A stretch of 64,000 nt of DNA, from positions 95,234,001 to 95,298,000 of the forward strand of contig NC_087436.1 of NCBI RefSeq assembly GCF_036321535.1. Reading direction: 5' to 3'. The notes beneath the pieces are model-generated. The model worked only from the letters and a program-made list of their open reading frames with translations, was not told the origin of the DNA and searched no databases. A program made the position numbers and the translations under genes. Shown piece by piece: positions 1-12,589 of this stretch (its first letter is position 1; every line of letters begins with the position of its first letter). The stretch is from Camelus dromedarius (taxonomy: Eukaryota).

Positions 1-7
1 TCGATTT

Positions 8-200
8 ACCCTGCTTTAATTTTCTATATAACACTTATCACTCCACGAAATTACGTTCAGTCATTTATTTGCCTATTTTCTGTCTCCCCACTAGATAATA
101 AGCTCTTAAGAATTACAACTCTACCCACTTCACTGCTTTATCTCTAGTTCCTAAAACATGGTCAGAAGGTTATCAACAAACACTGGTTGAATAAATAAAT
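8..200 (+). mobile_element. LINE-2 3' end fragment
   Basis: ccctgcttta...tctccccactaga...ttcactgct...ttgaataaataaat matches the L2 terminal consensus pattern. Confidence 0.65.
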
Positions 201-740
201 CAACAGATGAATGGACTTTGTGAGAGATCTTTTATCATGATCTAATTACCCTTTTAATAAGATCAAAGTTAGGTAGCAAATTGTGTGTAGGTAACAAAAG
301 GTAATGCGAAAAGAATCCTAATTCACCTGCATGGGAAGGGAACTCTCAAGACAGCCATGGGGAGGTACATTTCCAAGGTGGAGGGTACACCAGCTGTGAT
401 CCTAGTAATAAATGATCTTGAGAGTGCTGGGGTCAGAGGACTTTCCTGTGAATATGTAAAACCATCTGTATTAGTTTCCTGTGGCTATTGTAACAAATTA
501 TCAGAACTTGGTGGCTTAAAACAACAGAAATTTGTTCTTTCATGGTCCTGGAGACCAGAAGTCCAAAATGAGGGTGTCAGCAGAGCCATACTCCGGAGCC
601 TCTCTGGCATCTGCTGGCTGTCTGGCTCTTGGCATTCCTTGCCTTGTCAGTGTGTGGTTCCAATCTCTGCCTCTGTCTTCATATGGCCTTCTTCTCTTTG
701 TCAGTGTTGTCTCTATCAAATATCTCTCTGCCTTTCTCTT

Positions 741-877
741 TTTTATTTATTTTTGGTGGGGGGTGGTCATTAGGTTTATTTATTTAATTATTTTTGTAAT
801 GGAGGTACAGGAGATTAAACCTAAGACCTCGTGCATGCTAAGCATGTGCTCTACCACTTGAGCTACAGCCTCCCCCC
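741..877 (-). mobile_element. tRNA-Ala-derived SINE (camelid Vic-1-like)
   Basis: The reverse complement reads ggggggaggctgtagctcaagtggtagagcacatgcttagcatgcacgaggtc..., with A and B boxes and an AT-rich tail. Confidence 0.8.
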
Positions 878-1463
878 TTTTTAAAATGAATTTTTAATTC
901 TTAAAATTTTTAATTATTATTTTTGATTCAAATGTAGTTGACGTACAATATTACATTAGTTCCAGGGTACTCATAATAATTTGACATCTACATACATTGT
1001 GAAATGATCACCACAACATGTCCAGTAACCATCTGTCCCCATACAAAGTTATTGCAGTATTACTGACCATACTCCTTATGCTCTATATTACATCCCTGTA
1101 ACATTTAGTATCTAACTGGTGGTTGGTACCACATAATCCCCTTCACCTATTTTGCCCTTCCTCCATTCCCCTCCCCTCAGCAACCACCCATTTGTTCTCT
1201 CTGTATCTGTGAGTCTGCTTTCATTTTATTTTGTTTGTTTTGTTATTTAGATTCCACATATAGGTGAGATCATGTGGTTTTTGTCTTTCTCTGTCTGACT
1301 TATTTCACTACCTTCTAGATTTATCCATGCTGCTGTAAGGCAAGATTTCACTTTTCTATGGCTGAGTAATATTCCATTGTATATATATACCACATCTTTA
1401 TCATTCACTTATTGATGGACACTTAGGTTCCTTCCATATCTTGGCAATTGTAAATAATGCTCC
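878..1463 (-). mobile_element. L1 3' end fragment
   Basis: Typical antisense L1 3'UTR motifs (gattccacata, tctgacttatttcact, ggctgagtaatattccattg, gatggacacttagg); flanked by a 15-bp TSD. Confidence 0.85.
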
Positions 1464-1809
1464 CTCTGCCTTTCTCTTATAATACTTGTCATTGGACTTA
1501 GAGACCACCTAGATAATCCAGAATCTTCTCATTTCAAGATTCTTAACTTAATTATCTCTACCAATACCCAATATTCAATTAGGAGATTAGGACATGGTTA
1601 GGAGGTGGATATATCTTTTGGGGGGGTGGGGGGCGTCCATTGCACATCCATATTAAAAGTTATTTGATTAGATGTAGTATAATTACTTATCAGTGTATAT
1701 ATTTCCCTGATTTCAGGGTGTGGGACTCCAATGAGTGTAGCCTTCATTTTATGAGTCTCTAGTAAAAAAATGTTTAATGTCAGCCACCCCTAATTTAATA
1801 CAATCACTT

Positions 1810-1831
1810 AATGTGGATTTTTTTCCCCTAG
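1810..1831 (+). promoter_or_regulatory. TLR1: Splice acceptor of the TLR1 coding exon (exon starts at 1832)
   Basis: The tract tttttttcccctag is followed by gatctgtat..., 67 nt upstream of the ATG, matching the recalled layout of the TLR1 last exon. Confidence 0.8.
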
Positions 1832-1898
1832 GATCTGTATCTGTATCAAGATACTCTGAAGAATAGCAACTACCCTTGGGAATGTCTCTTGTTACAAA

Positions 1899-4289
1899 AT
1901 GACTAAAATGAAGTCTGGCATCTTCCATTTTGCCACCATCTTCATATTAACACTTGAGATCAGAATCCAATTATCTGATGAAAGTGAATTTTTAGTTGAT
2001 AGATCAAAAACAGGTCTCATCTGTGTTCCCAAAGACCTACCCCTGAAAACAACAGTCTTAGATATATCACAAAACTCTATTTCTGAGCTTCGGGCACCTG
2101 ACATCCTATCACTATCAAAACTGAAAATTTTGATACTTTCTCATAATAGAATCCAGTATCTTGATATCAGTGTTTTCAAATTCAACCAGGAATTAGAATA
2201 CTTGGATTTGTCCCACAACAAGCTGGAGCAGATTTCTTGCCACCCTATTCTGAACCTCAAGCACTTAGACCTCTCATTTAATGCATTTGATGCCCTGCCC
2301 ATTTGCCAAGAGTTTGGCAACATGTCTCAACTACAGTTTCTGGGGTTGAGTGCCACACAGTTTCAAAAACCTAGTCTGCTGCCAATTGCTCATATGCATA
2401 TCAATAAGGTTTTACTGGTCTTAGGAGACACTTACGGGGGAAAAGAAGACCCTGAGAGCCTTCAAGACCTGAACATACAGAGTCTGCACATTGTTTTCCC
2501 CACAGGAAAGGAATTCCATTTTACTTTGGACGTGTCACTCAGCACTGCAGTAAGTCTGGAACTGTCTAACATCAAATGTGTTCTGGGTGATGATGGATGT
2601 CCTTATTTCCACAATGTTCTGTCAAAACTCCAAAAGAATTCAAGGTTATCAAATCTTACTTTAAACAACATTGAAACAACTTGGAATTTTTTCATCATGA
2701 TCCTCCAGTTGGTTTGGCATACGAGCATTGAGTATTTCTCAATTTCAAATGTGAAACTACAAGGTCACCTTGGCTTCAGAGATTTTGATTATTCTGACAC
2801 TTCACTGAAGGTCTTGTCTATACACCAAGTCGTCACTGATGTGTTTGGGTTTCCACAAAGTTATATCTATGAAATCTTCTCAAATATGAACATCCAACAT
2901 CTCGCAGTGTCTGCTACACACATGGTCCACATGGTTTGCCCATCCCAAATTAGCCCATTTCTGTATTTGGATTTTTCCAATAATGTCTTAACAGACATGG
3001 TTTTTAAAAATTGTGGAAATCTGATTAATTTGGAGACATTCAGTTTACAAATGAATCAGTTAAAAGAACTTGCAATTATAGTTCATATGACCAAGACAAT
3101 GACATCTCTACAACAATTGGATGTTAGCCAGAATTCTCTAAGGTATGATGAAAATGAAGGAAATTGCTCTTGGACTAGAAGTTTATTAAGTTTAAATATG
3201 TCTTCAAATATACTTACTGACTCTGTTTTCAGATGTTTACCTCCCAGGGTCAAGGTTCTTGATCTTCACAATAACAGAATAAGGAGCATCCCTAAAGATG
3301 TCACCAGTCTAGAAGCTTTGCAAGAGCTCAATGTTGCTTTCAATTTTTTAGTCCACCTTCCTGGATGTGGTACCTTTAGCAGCCTTTCTGTACTGATCAT
3401 TGACTATAATTCAATTTCCAACCCATCAGCTGATTTCTTCCAGAGCTGCCAGAAGATTAGGTCCCTAAAAGCAGGGAACAATCCATTCCAATGTACATGT
3501 GAGCTAAGAGACTTTATCCAGGGTATAGGCCAAGTACCAAGTGAAGTGGTAGAGGACTGGCCTGATTCTTATAAGTGTGACTATCCAGAAAGCTATAAGG
3601 GAACCCCACTAAAGGACTTCCACGTATCTCAATTATCCTGCAACACAACTCTGCTGATTGTCACCATTGGGGTCACTGGGCTGCTGGTGGCTGTTACTGT
3701 GACCGTCCTCTGTATCTACTTGGATCTTCCCTGGTATCTCAGGATGCTGTGTCAGTGGACCCAGACCCGGCACAGGGCTAGGAATGTACCCTTAGCAGAA
3801 CTCCAAAGAACTCTCCAGTTCCATGCTTTTATTTCATACAGTGGGCACGATTCTTCATGGGTAAAGAGTGAATTACTACCAAACCTAGAAAAAGAAGATA
3901 TAAAGATTTGTCTTCATGAGAGGGATTTTGTTCCCGGCAAGAGCATCATGGAAAATATCATAAACTGTATTGAGAAAAGTTACAAGTCCATCTTTGTCTT
4001 GTCTCCCAACTTTGTTCAGAGCGAGTGGTGCCATTATGAACTCTACTTCGCCCACCACAACCTCTTCCATGAAGGATCCAATAACTTAATCCTGATCTTG
4101 CTGGATCCCATTCCACAGTATTCCATTCCTAACAGCTATCACAAGCTCAAAGCTCTCATGGCACAGAGAACTTATTTGGAATGGCCCAAGGAGAATAGCA
4201 AACATGGACTTTTTTGGGCTAATCTAAGAGCATCTATTAATATTAAATTGATGGAGAAATCAAAAGAATTAAGTTACACACAGATCTAA
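1899..4289 (+). CDS. TLR1: Toll-like receptor 1, 796 aa, single coding exon
   Basis: Intact ORF with signal peptide, LRR array, LRRCT (NPFQCTCEL), TM helix and TIR domain ([18 protein letters not shown]). The N-terminus resembles pig/human TLR1. It has Met (THMVHM) and Leu (NVLT) at the lipid-channel positions where TLR6 has Phe/Phe, and lies directly upstream of TLR10. Confidence 0.96.
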   Translation: MTKMKSGIFHFATIFILTLEIRIQLSDESEFLVDRSKTGLICVPKDLPLKTTVLDISQNSISELRAPDILSLSKLKILILSHNRIQYLDISVFKFNQELEYLDLSHNKLEQISCHPILNLKHLDLSFNAFDALPICQEFGNMSQLQFLGLSATQFQKPSLLPIAHMHINKVLLVLGDTYGGKEDPESLQDLNIQSLHIVFPTGKEFHFTLDVSLSTAVSLELSNIKCVLGDDGCPYFHNVLSKLQKNSRLSNLTLNNIETTWNFFIMILQLVWHTSIEYFSISNVKLQGHLGFRDFDYSDTSLKVLSIHQVVTDVFGFPQSYIYEIFSNMNIQHLAVSATHMVHMVCPSQISPFLYLDFSNNVLTDMVFKNCGNLINLETFSLQMNQLKELAIIVHMTKTMTSLQQLDVSQNSLRYDENEGNCSWTRSLLSLNMSSNILTDSVFRCLPPRVKVLDLHNNRIRSIPKDVTSLEALQELNVAFNFLVHLPGCGTFSSLSVLIIDYNSISNPSADFFQSCQKIRSLKAGNNPFQCTCELRDFIQGIGQVPSEVVEDWPDSYKCDYPESYKGTPLKDFHVSQLSCNTTLLIVTIGVTGLLVAVTVTVLCIYLDLPWYLRMLCQWTQTRHRARNVPLAELQRTLQFHAFISYSGHDSSWVKSELLPNLEKEDIKICLHERDFVPGKSIMENIINCIEKSYKSIFVLSPNFVQSEWCHYELYFAHHNLFHEGSNNLILILLDPIPQYSIPNSYHKLKALMAQRTYLEWPKENSKHGLFWANLRASINIKLMEKSKELSYTQI

Positions 4290-4649
4290 AAATATTCCTC
4301 TGCTGCTTTTAGAAAAAATGTTGCTGCTTTTGCAAGTTCCAACAATGACTTTATTTTGCATTAACACGAATCTAAACATGACTTTAAATTTAAGATGTAG
4401 ACAAAAATGTGTACATCCTCTCAGGCCTCAGTTCCCCATTTATACATGGTAAGAAAAGTAAATGAAGTGATATAATTTCTATGTAAATGGTTGATTTCTA
4501 ACATGAGGGATTCATCTGTTTCTTTGCTAGGACTGAATTCACTGAATTTATCATGTAATCGAGAGAAGCACCTGTTCAAACAACTTCAGTTGATATGTTT
4601 CTGTGTGCCAGGGTCAATGTTAGAAAACCCCATGCCTTTTATACCTGTA

Positions 4650-5130
4650 GCTAGGTTTCCATAGCAGATTTCTATAGCTGTTGGTGTCTTCCTCATTTCC
4701 ACTCAACATTCGCCTCTGCATGTTGAGGGCTGCTTATTGCTAATGCTGGAGAGTCTCTCCGTGAAGGATTTTCTTCTTGGCCATGAGAACCCACTTTACC
4801 CACACAAAGGGAAATTCAGAAGTGCTGGAGGGTATCCTTGGAAGCAGCCTTCCACCAATATCAGAAAGAGAATTGGCAGATAAATACCTCAACTTTCTCA
4901 CTCATTTTGGGGGGACAAATCTGGGGTGTACTTTACATTCCCGCTGAATCTCCCAGTAGGATGCAATCCTGATTTTCTATGGTAGAAATGACTTTATTGG
5001 CCTCCTTTCTATTTTTATTTCATATCCTCATTCTTCCAAGGGTGTTTCCTGGGATCACCTCTGAAATAAACTGCTTGCAGTTGAATACTCATCTCAGGGT
5101 CTGCATTGGAACTTAATCCCAGAGTGTGTT
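4650..5130 (+). mobile_element. LTR16-like ERVL solo LTR (5' limit approximate)
   Basis: ttcctgggatcacctctgaaataaactgcttgca...tctcagggtctgc matches the recalled LTR16 R/U5 consensus. Confidence 0.65.
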
Positions 5131-5419
5131 ACATCTCAGGTCAAATGGAAATTCTGAGTCTGGTTTTCTGTGGCTGGAGATCTTGCTGAGATTCTAGTTG
5201 TTTGAACTAGAATGCATGGGAGCCTTTGCTCTTTTGAGCAAAAGGAGGAATATAGCCGATGTGTACTGCTTCTATACATAGTATTCCTGTCTTTTGGGAA
5301 ACTATTAAAATAGGGCATGAGCAGATTGGAGCAGTGCAAGGAGTGGGCTACGTCAGATTTCTTTCCAGCTTTATTATAACAGCTATTTTTCATACTCATC
5401 AATCATTCTGTCTAGACAC

Positions 5420-5910
5420 TTTTACTCTGACAGCCATCTCTAGGCAGGTGTAGCCTGGCAGCACCTCATCGTAGCTGCACCATCTATCTCTCACTTTATG
5501 CTCCATGACTTCACTAATACCACTGTCCAGGATGTTTGTGGAATCCTGTTCAGTTATTCTGGTACATGCACACACCTGGAAGTTCCAGAGATCTTGTCTA
5601 AAGAGATCTTTGGCCACCAAAGGGACGGGAGCCATTAGATAAATATTCCTCTCTCTTTTATTTTTGGGTAAGAAAATGAGGCATAGTCTGCACATTCCTC
5701 AGAGAGTCCCCAGTGGGATTGAACCTTCCTTGGCCACAGGAGTAACCAGTTCAATAACTTACTCTTGGATTGGCTTTGCCTTCATCCTTGTTTCATTCTT
5801 CTCAGTCCCCTCACTCTTGAGTCCTGAGACCACTTCTTCAAACCAAATGACCTGCACATAAAGCTCTTGTGTGAGTCTTCACTTTTGGGAGGATAAACTC
5901 AAGTAAGACT
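5420..5910 (+). mobile_element. Second LTR16-like solo LTR
   Basis: cagagagtccccagtgggattgaacc...cctgagaccacttc...cctgcacataaagctcttg...aagtaagac. Confidence 0.55.
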
Positions 5911-6584
5911 TAATATACTAGTTATTTCTTGCCCTAAAAAAAGCCCTATGAATCCAGATAACAAAAATAAAAATCAATGGAACAAAAATATAAATGGAAG
6001 TTCAAAGGCCATTTAGATTGAGTGAAAAAAAAAATCTTTTTAGAAGTGGTCATTTTTCCATTGGGCTTTGAAGGAGACTTTAACTTTGGATTTTTTTGAT
6101 GCATAATGATGAAGAATGGAAAGACCATTCTAAATAGACAGATGGGGGAGCAAAGACAGGAATACCCAGGCCTATTCTGGGACTACTGTCCCAATTTGAC
6201 TGGACCATGAAATTTATGAAAAGTAACAGTGAGACATAAGCATGGAGAGTTAGATTAAGATCATAGTGTCAAGGGTCTGGAAAGACAAGCTATGGACTTG
6301 ACATTTAGGAATACAAGAAAGTCATCATTTATACTTCTGTGAGAATTAATAGTGGAAAACAAATTGAAACCATGAAATATATACTAAAAATGGAGAAAAG
6401 CACTTGTTCTGTAATGGAAGTTGCAACCGTTGCTAGACCTGGATCTTCCTGTTTTCTCTAGGATGACTGCCCTTCCTGTTACTGAACTTGAAGATTTCAT
6501 AACCAAGTTTCAGTTGCTCAGCACTAGGTGTATTTCAATTGCAATCCTAGTTGCATTTCAATTCCAAGTTTCAATTGCTTAGCA

Positions 6585-6995
6585 CTAGTTTGCTGGGTCT
6601 GATGTAACAGAGTACTACACTCTGAGTGGCCTAAACAACAGAAATTTATCGACTCATAGTTCTGGAGGCTGGAAGTCCAATATCAAGATGTCGGGAGGGT
6701 TGGGTCCTCTTGAGGGGTGGGAGGGAAGGATTTGCTCCCAGCCTCTACCCTTTGGTTTTAGATGACTGTCTCTCTCTGTTTCTTCACATGGTCTTCCCTC
6801 TATGCCTATTTATGCCCCAATCTCCCCTCTTTTATAAGGATACCAATCATATTGGATTAGGGCCCACCCTAATGTCCTCACCTTAACTAATAACATCTAC
6901 ACTATCCTTATTTCCAAATAAGGTCACATTGTGGGGTACTGGGGTTTAGGACCTCAACAAATGGATTTTAGGGGACACGATTCAACCCATCACAT
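6585..6995 (-). mobile_element. MLT1 solo LTR
   Basis: aaacaacagaaatttat...ttctggaggctggaagtcc...ttataaggataccaatcatattggattagggcccacc...attcaacccatcaca. Confidence 0.85.
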
Positions 6996-7779
6996 CTTGC
7001 AAGTCTAAAAAAAAAAAATCCTTAAAGGCAGCCATAAAGTCTGTTAAAGTTTATCTAACAAACTCAAGATTCTGAGAAGTTACATCAATCTGTGTATAAA
7101 TATCTGATCTCCTAAGTGGTTTTAAAGAGGCAGCTAGGAGGTTGAGATTGTGCTTGTGGAATCTCCTGCCAAAGAATTCCAAGTTGGGAGATGAGGAATT
7201 CAGTTCAAAGTGTGGACAAATACATAGTAATGAAAATAAGAAATGAGAAGGCACATCGCAGATTGGATAAATTAGCAAGCTCTGATTTGGAACAACTGGG
7301 TTTCAATTATAGCTCCATTACTTATATGTGCATGATCTTGAACAATTAAAATTTCTAAGCCTAAATTTCATTATTAGTAAAAGGTACCCTTAGAGTAGCT
7401 AGCCAAGACCTTTAGATTTCAAGGTATGAATTAAAGACTGGTTGCAATATGTCCCCCAAAGGGCAGAGTTTACATGACCAACTTTCCAAGTGGTTCTGTT
7501 GAAGCCCCTTTTCCTAGGATTGAGATAAAAGGGAATTCATATTACACCAAAAGCTCTCCAAACCCTCTTCTAATCTTAACACCTCTCAGGCTCTCCAATC
7601 CCTTTTCTTGGCTAGAAGTAAGCAAAGGGTTACAAACTCAGTTATCTAGTCTCACACTTCACCCAGGGTTCTCGACCAAATTAAGATGAAAACAGTTCCA
7701 TTTTTTATCAGCTTGTTATTACTAACAAGGCTGCAGGGGAGGGGGCATTTTATATAGTGGTAATAGAAGGACCAAGGAG

Positions 7780-8310
7780 TTGGCAATATATAAATAGCCA
7801 TGATCTGTGACCTGTAATTCCACTTCTAGAAATATATCCTAAGGTAATAAGTTGAAATGTGGACAAATATTTCTTTACAAGTATGTTAACTGCAAGGTTA
7901 TTGTTAACTTAACAAGTATGTTAACTGCAAGGTTATTGAAGCTCTCCAAATTTCCAACAATGGAAGAAACATGCTGGGCTCATTTCGTGACATATTTTAC
8001 AATTACTAAAAATAGTGTATAGGGTTAAGATGGTAAATTTTGTGTTATGTGTTTTTTACCACAATTTAAAAATAACAATGTATGGGAAGTCTTTTTTATT
8101 AACATAAGAGAATGCTTACATTACAGCAGAAATGAAAACCATAGAGATTTTGAAATGCAAAATTGTATGCACAGGATGGTTTCAATATGTTAAAAATATG
8201 CAGAGAACACAATCTAGATGAAAATATACAAAAATATTATCACTACTTGCCTGTGGTTGATGCTTGCTTTTGCTTTTACATTTTTCTGTACTTAAAATTT
8301 TTACGACCAA
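7780..8310 (+). mobile_element. Old L1 (L1ME-type) 3' fragment(s)
   Basis: gacctgtaattccacttctagaaatatatcctaagg and ggttaagatggtaaattttgtgttatgt motifs. Confidence 0.55.
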
Positions 8311-9036
8311 GAAAAAAGAAAATGGGGTTTAGGGGAATAAAACTAGGTCTCCATTAGAGCTGAAAGTAGCAGAGAATAAAGGTTATGGAACTGGGTTCTG
8401 CACACAAGCATTCTGGAATTAAATCCTGGCTCAATTTCTCTGTAACTGTGTCCTTAACTTTTTCTAGCCTCCTTTTTCTCATCTGTAAAATGGGCATGAT
8501 AACCTTTCTTATATGGTTAAGAAGTCAGAGGAAAGTGGGTCTGCAAAAGGTTGATAAACATTAGCTCTAATGATGACATTATTATTATTGTGATTGCTAT
8601 TATCTTCATTCCCTTATGCCACCGAATGTGGAACTGGAGCTAAGCTGCTTATCATGTTCAGTCTAGACTGTCCTGGGCTTTCTAAGATTCAAAAAAATTA
8701 GAAAAGGGACGGAATTTGACTACAAACCACCCCCACCCCCCCTTCCCGGGAAACAGCTGTATCTTAAAACAAACAAGCAAATGAATAAAAAACCAAAACC
8801 AACTAAAAATGGCAAACGGGGAAATACTAAATTGGGAAGTAAAACTGGTAGCAAATATCTCAGATAAAAATTCTCTTCCTTTTTTATATAAAGGATGAGA
8901 TAAAATAGAAAAGCACTAAGATCCCGATTGATTTATTGGTGAAGAGACGGACAGCTCAAAACAGAGTCCAGTTACAAAGCAAACACGTGAAAAACTTCAA
9001 CCTTACTAGTGCAACCTGATTGTCACCAAAGTTTCT

Positions 9037-9218
9037 TTTTTTTTTTTTTTTAAATTGAAGTACAGTCAATTACAATGTGTCAACTTCTGGTATACAGCAC
9101 AATGTCTCAGTCATGCATAAACATACTTATATTCATTTTCATATTCTTTTTCATTAAAGGTTATTCCAAGATATTGAACATAGTTCCCTGTGCTATACTG
9201 AAGAAACTTTTTTCTTTT
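9037..9218 (-). mobile_element. Short young L1 3' end with poly(T) and 16-bp TSD
   Basis: TSD tgtcaccaaagtttct (9021-9036) / tgtcaacaaagtttct (9219-9234); gatattgaacatagttccctgtgctata motif. Confidence 0.85.
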
Positions 9219-10478
9219 TGTCAACAAAGTTTCTAGGTGTGGGGTTATCACCTTGTATTTTCAAGTAAAGCCACTTGAGTGCCCAGCCTTAGGAAAGCTG
9301 TCCCTCCTGAGGATTTCAGAGGCATTCTGAACTCCCGGCCACCTCTCCTGTGCTTCCTGGACTGTGTCTTCTGTGGCTCCCCAACACTGTGGACCAGCTC
9401 ACCCCTGCCTTCCTTGGGTGTTTCAGAGCTCTCTAATAGACTTCATCTTCATACTAGGACACAGTTGCTTCCTGAATTCCCCAAGTTAACACCCACACAA
9501 GTGGATGACAACCCTTAATAAAAAGCCATGATCAAAGTTAATCAACAAGGTCCCAGGCACCATGCCTTTGAGAGGCAAGGGACAGGAGTGCTGCATGTTG
9601 ATGATGTGGTCACAGACAGGCCCATGAAGATGTTCACCCTTCTTCCCGGAAGTTCAGTATGTCTTAGAACTTAAATATGATAGTCCCCTCCCCCAAAGAA
9701 ATGAGAGCCTAAATCTGGGAGATCCACATCTATCTCTTTCTGGAACTAAATGTTTATTTGTTTTTTCGAAATATAATTCAGGGAACATAACCTCTGTCAC
9801 TATTTTCTCTTACTAGAGGAGCGCCACCCAATCAACACGCGCTTCACACTAGACTCCCAGACCGCAGAGGGGCAATGGGGGAAGCAGCGGGCCCGGCTGG
9901 CTGACTCTGTGCACTTGATATTCCTGCCTGCTTGCATCAGGGGAGGCTCTAGCAGGGGCAACACACAAAGGAAGCCCGCAGACTATTGGGTGGTCCAGGG
10001 GCCCCCTGCCCAATAGAGATGCTCCATTTTGGATGGTGAGAAAAAGAGGAGCCAATCAGATTTCTTATCTTGGGGGCTGTACCCTCAGGATGAGCTTCAG
10101 TGCTGCCCACCAGCCGTGATACTGAGAAAGGCAGGAAGAAAGTGGGAAGAAAGAGGCAAAGGCAGCAGGAAAGAGAAGCTGGGAGTAAAAAGAGAAGCAG
10201 GCTGAGAAAGAAAGAGTCAAAGAGAAGCTGAGTCAGAACTAGAGTAGAGAAGAGCCCTTTGCCCAATTTGGAGGGTAGCAAGCCCGCCTTCCAGGTCTCT
10301 GTGAAGCCTGCCTGTGTGCCGCTGGGCTCCCTCACTTCCTGTGGGTTCTCTTTTTTTCTGTAGTGTCTTTAAAATAAACCTCCATCCAGTTGAGGTAACC
10401 CAAAGTTCTCTGTTGGTTCCAAGTTATATGGCAGGCAGAAGTCTGAAATCAGGGGATGGCATGAGGGAGGAAATGTAT

Positions 10479-10528
10479 GAGAGAGAGAGAGAGGGAGGGA
10501 GGGAGGGAGGGAGAGAGAGAGAGAGAGA
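10479..10528. repeat. (GA)n/(GGGA)n microsatellite
   Basis: Seen directly. Confidence 0.95.
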
Positions 10529-11894
10529 TGGGGGCATATCATGTCAGATATCTATGAAGCTCAGAGCAAGAGGAGAAGGGGGAAAAAGGAGGGTAAAGTG
10601 GATAAGAATGTTTTTTGAGAATGAAAAATATTACTAGCTAAAGATGTCAGCACATATGGTTCTGAGCATACTGTTATTGCTTATTGCAAATAAGGGTTTA
10701 AAGATTTTAGAAATTCCAGGTGATGGCAGAGGGAATAGTATTTAAACTGTTGGGCACCTGAAGCAAACATTGTGGGCTTCAGAGCCAGATAGACTCAAGT
10801 TTTGAATCTTGATTCCACTTCTTACGGGATGATGACCTTGGGCAAGTTTCTTGTTCTCTCTGAACCAGACTCATCTGTCAAGTGGGAATCATATGTATGT
10901 TCTATGTAGTTTGCAGTGAGGATTCAACAGTATCTTGTTTGTAACACTTGCTGCCCTTGGGAAGAAGGCAAGCGGTAGTGATCACGATGGGGATGATGAC
11001 AACACAGAATACTACTCTCTAACTTGGCTTCTTTCTGGAAATTAAATTGAAAAAAAATAAGTAAAGAAAAATTCCACATTCACTGACCGTGTAAAGTGTT
11101 TAAAAATGTTGGGCTCTGAAAAAAATGTGTCTTTGGACACCAAAAACCCCAAGTGATTATTTTTCCTTGACAGGGATGTTTAGAATGTGAGAGTGCTGAT
11201 TGTAGTCATTTGAGAATTCTTGAGATGAAGGGAATGTTAGCGCCTAGTTCGTGCAACAAGCTAGGAATGCTCTCCAGCACTCTTGCTGGGCACGGGCCCG
11301 GGCCCGGTACTTGTTTCCAGGTGTAGACGGTTTCGTCTCTGTGAAGGTGGCAGCAGAGCGGACTGTATCTGTTGTGTTTTTCTTTAAACAGTTATTCATT
11401 GTGTGATTTTCTCTCTACAATATACATACAAATACACGTTATTACATTTTGACTAAAAATCCCCAATATGATTGTGAAAAACTATTTTGTTTTAAGGACC
11501 CCCCCCCACACAATTTCATATTTACATAAACTTATTATAATTATTCAGTTTCAAACTGACTATTCCTCCCATGGACAAATCCATTTGGAAATTTTCACCT
11601 TCCTCAGTGAGCTCCAGCAGTGTCAGCTGAATCTAAAGTCAAGCATAAGTAAAACTTCAAAAATTGATGCTTTGAAAAAATTGACCTCTTCTCTGCACAC
11701 TACATTAAAAAATACCACGCTTGTGTTACCACTTCATTTCAAGACGAGGCCTCTGGCCCTTCCCACTCTCTCCCAATCAGACTGCTGAAATTTTGCAGCC
11801 ACCGTTTTCATTTCTTCTCATCACCACTTGGCCTTCCCACCCAGTTTGAAGGGCAGGATGACTGATGTGAACCTTGAAGTGAAGCACCATCAAA

Positions 11895-12525
11895 GTGCTG
11901 TAAGCTGCTGTGGGAAACAGTATGGCAGCTCTGCAAAAATTCAGACACAGAATTGCCGTAGGGTCCAGCAGGTCCGCTTCAAGGCATCTACCCTGAAGAA
12001 CTGAAAGCAGGGACTTGAACAGATAATTGTACACATCCATGTCCATAGAAGCACTATTCACAGTAGTCAAAGGGTGAAAACAACCCAAATACCCATTGAT
12101 GGATGAATGGATAAGCAAAATGTGGTATACACACGCAATGGAATATTTTTCAGCCTTAAACAGGAAAGGAAGGAAATTGTGATACATACTACAACATGGA
12201 AGAATATTGAACACATTATGCTAAATGAAATAAGGCAATCACACGAATGTATGATTCCACTTATTTGAGGTGCCTAGAGTAGTCAAATCTGTAGAGACAG
12301 AAAGTAGAACAGTGGTTACGGGGGAGCTGAAGGGAGGAAAAAGTGGGGAGTTGTTGTTTAATGGGTACAGAGTTTCAGTGTGGGATGATGAGAGAGTCCT
12401 GAAGCTGGGTGGTGCTGATGGTTGAACGACTATGTGAATGTACTAAAAGCCACTGAACTGTACACTTAAAATGGTTAAAATGGTAGATTTTATGTCGTGT
12501 GTATTTTCCTGCAATTCTTTAAAAA
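11895..12525 (+). mobile_element. L1MB-type 3' end directly upstream of TLR10 exon 1
   Basis: gatgaatggataagcaaaatgtggtatatac...gagacagaaagtaga...ccactgaactgtacacttaaaatggttaaaatgg. Confidence 0.9.
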
Positions 12526-12589
12526 GTGATCTAAGATTATGATGAACTTATGCAGCATGTAATGCCCTCAGCATGCAGTAGAGGGCAAA

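Larger units (their letters stand above)
467..1625 (-). mobile_element. MLT1 (MaLR) solo LTR interrupted by L1 and SINE insertions
   Basis: tgtattagtttcctgtggct...ggtggcttaaaacaacagaaattt at 467-740, resuming at ~1464 with ttgtcattgga...ccacctagataatccagaat. Confidence 0.75.

Noticed and set aside
357..861. ORFs of 138 and 109 aa
   Set aside because: They run through MLT1 and SINE sequence inside a TLR1 intron.
800..877. tRNA-Ala gene
   Set aside because: Degenerate stems and B box, an AT-rich tail, and a second diverged copy at ~23850 indicate a SINE.
1899..4289. TLR6 as the identity of the first ORF (also ~796 aa, near-identical TIR)
   Set aside because: The ectodomain N-terminus and the Met/Leu lipid-channel residues are TLR1-type, and the position next to TLR10 fits TLR1.
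11777..12214. 145-aa minus-strand ORF, and similar ORFs at 18072, 28717, 29020 and 38908
   Set aside because: Chance or antisense frames of L1 3' ends.
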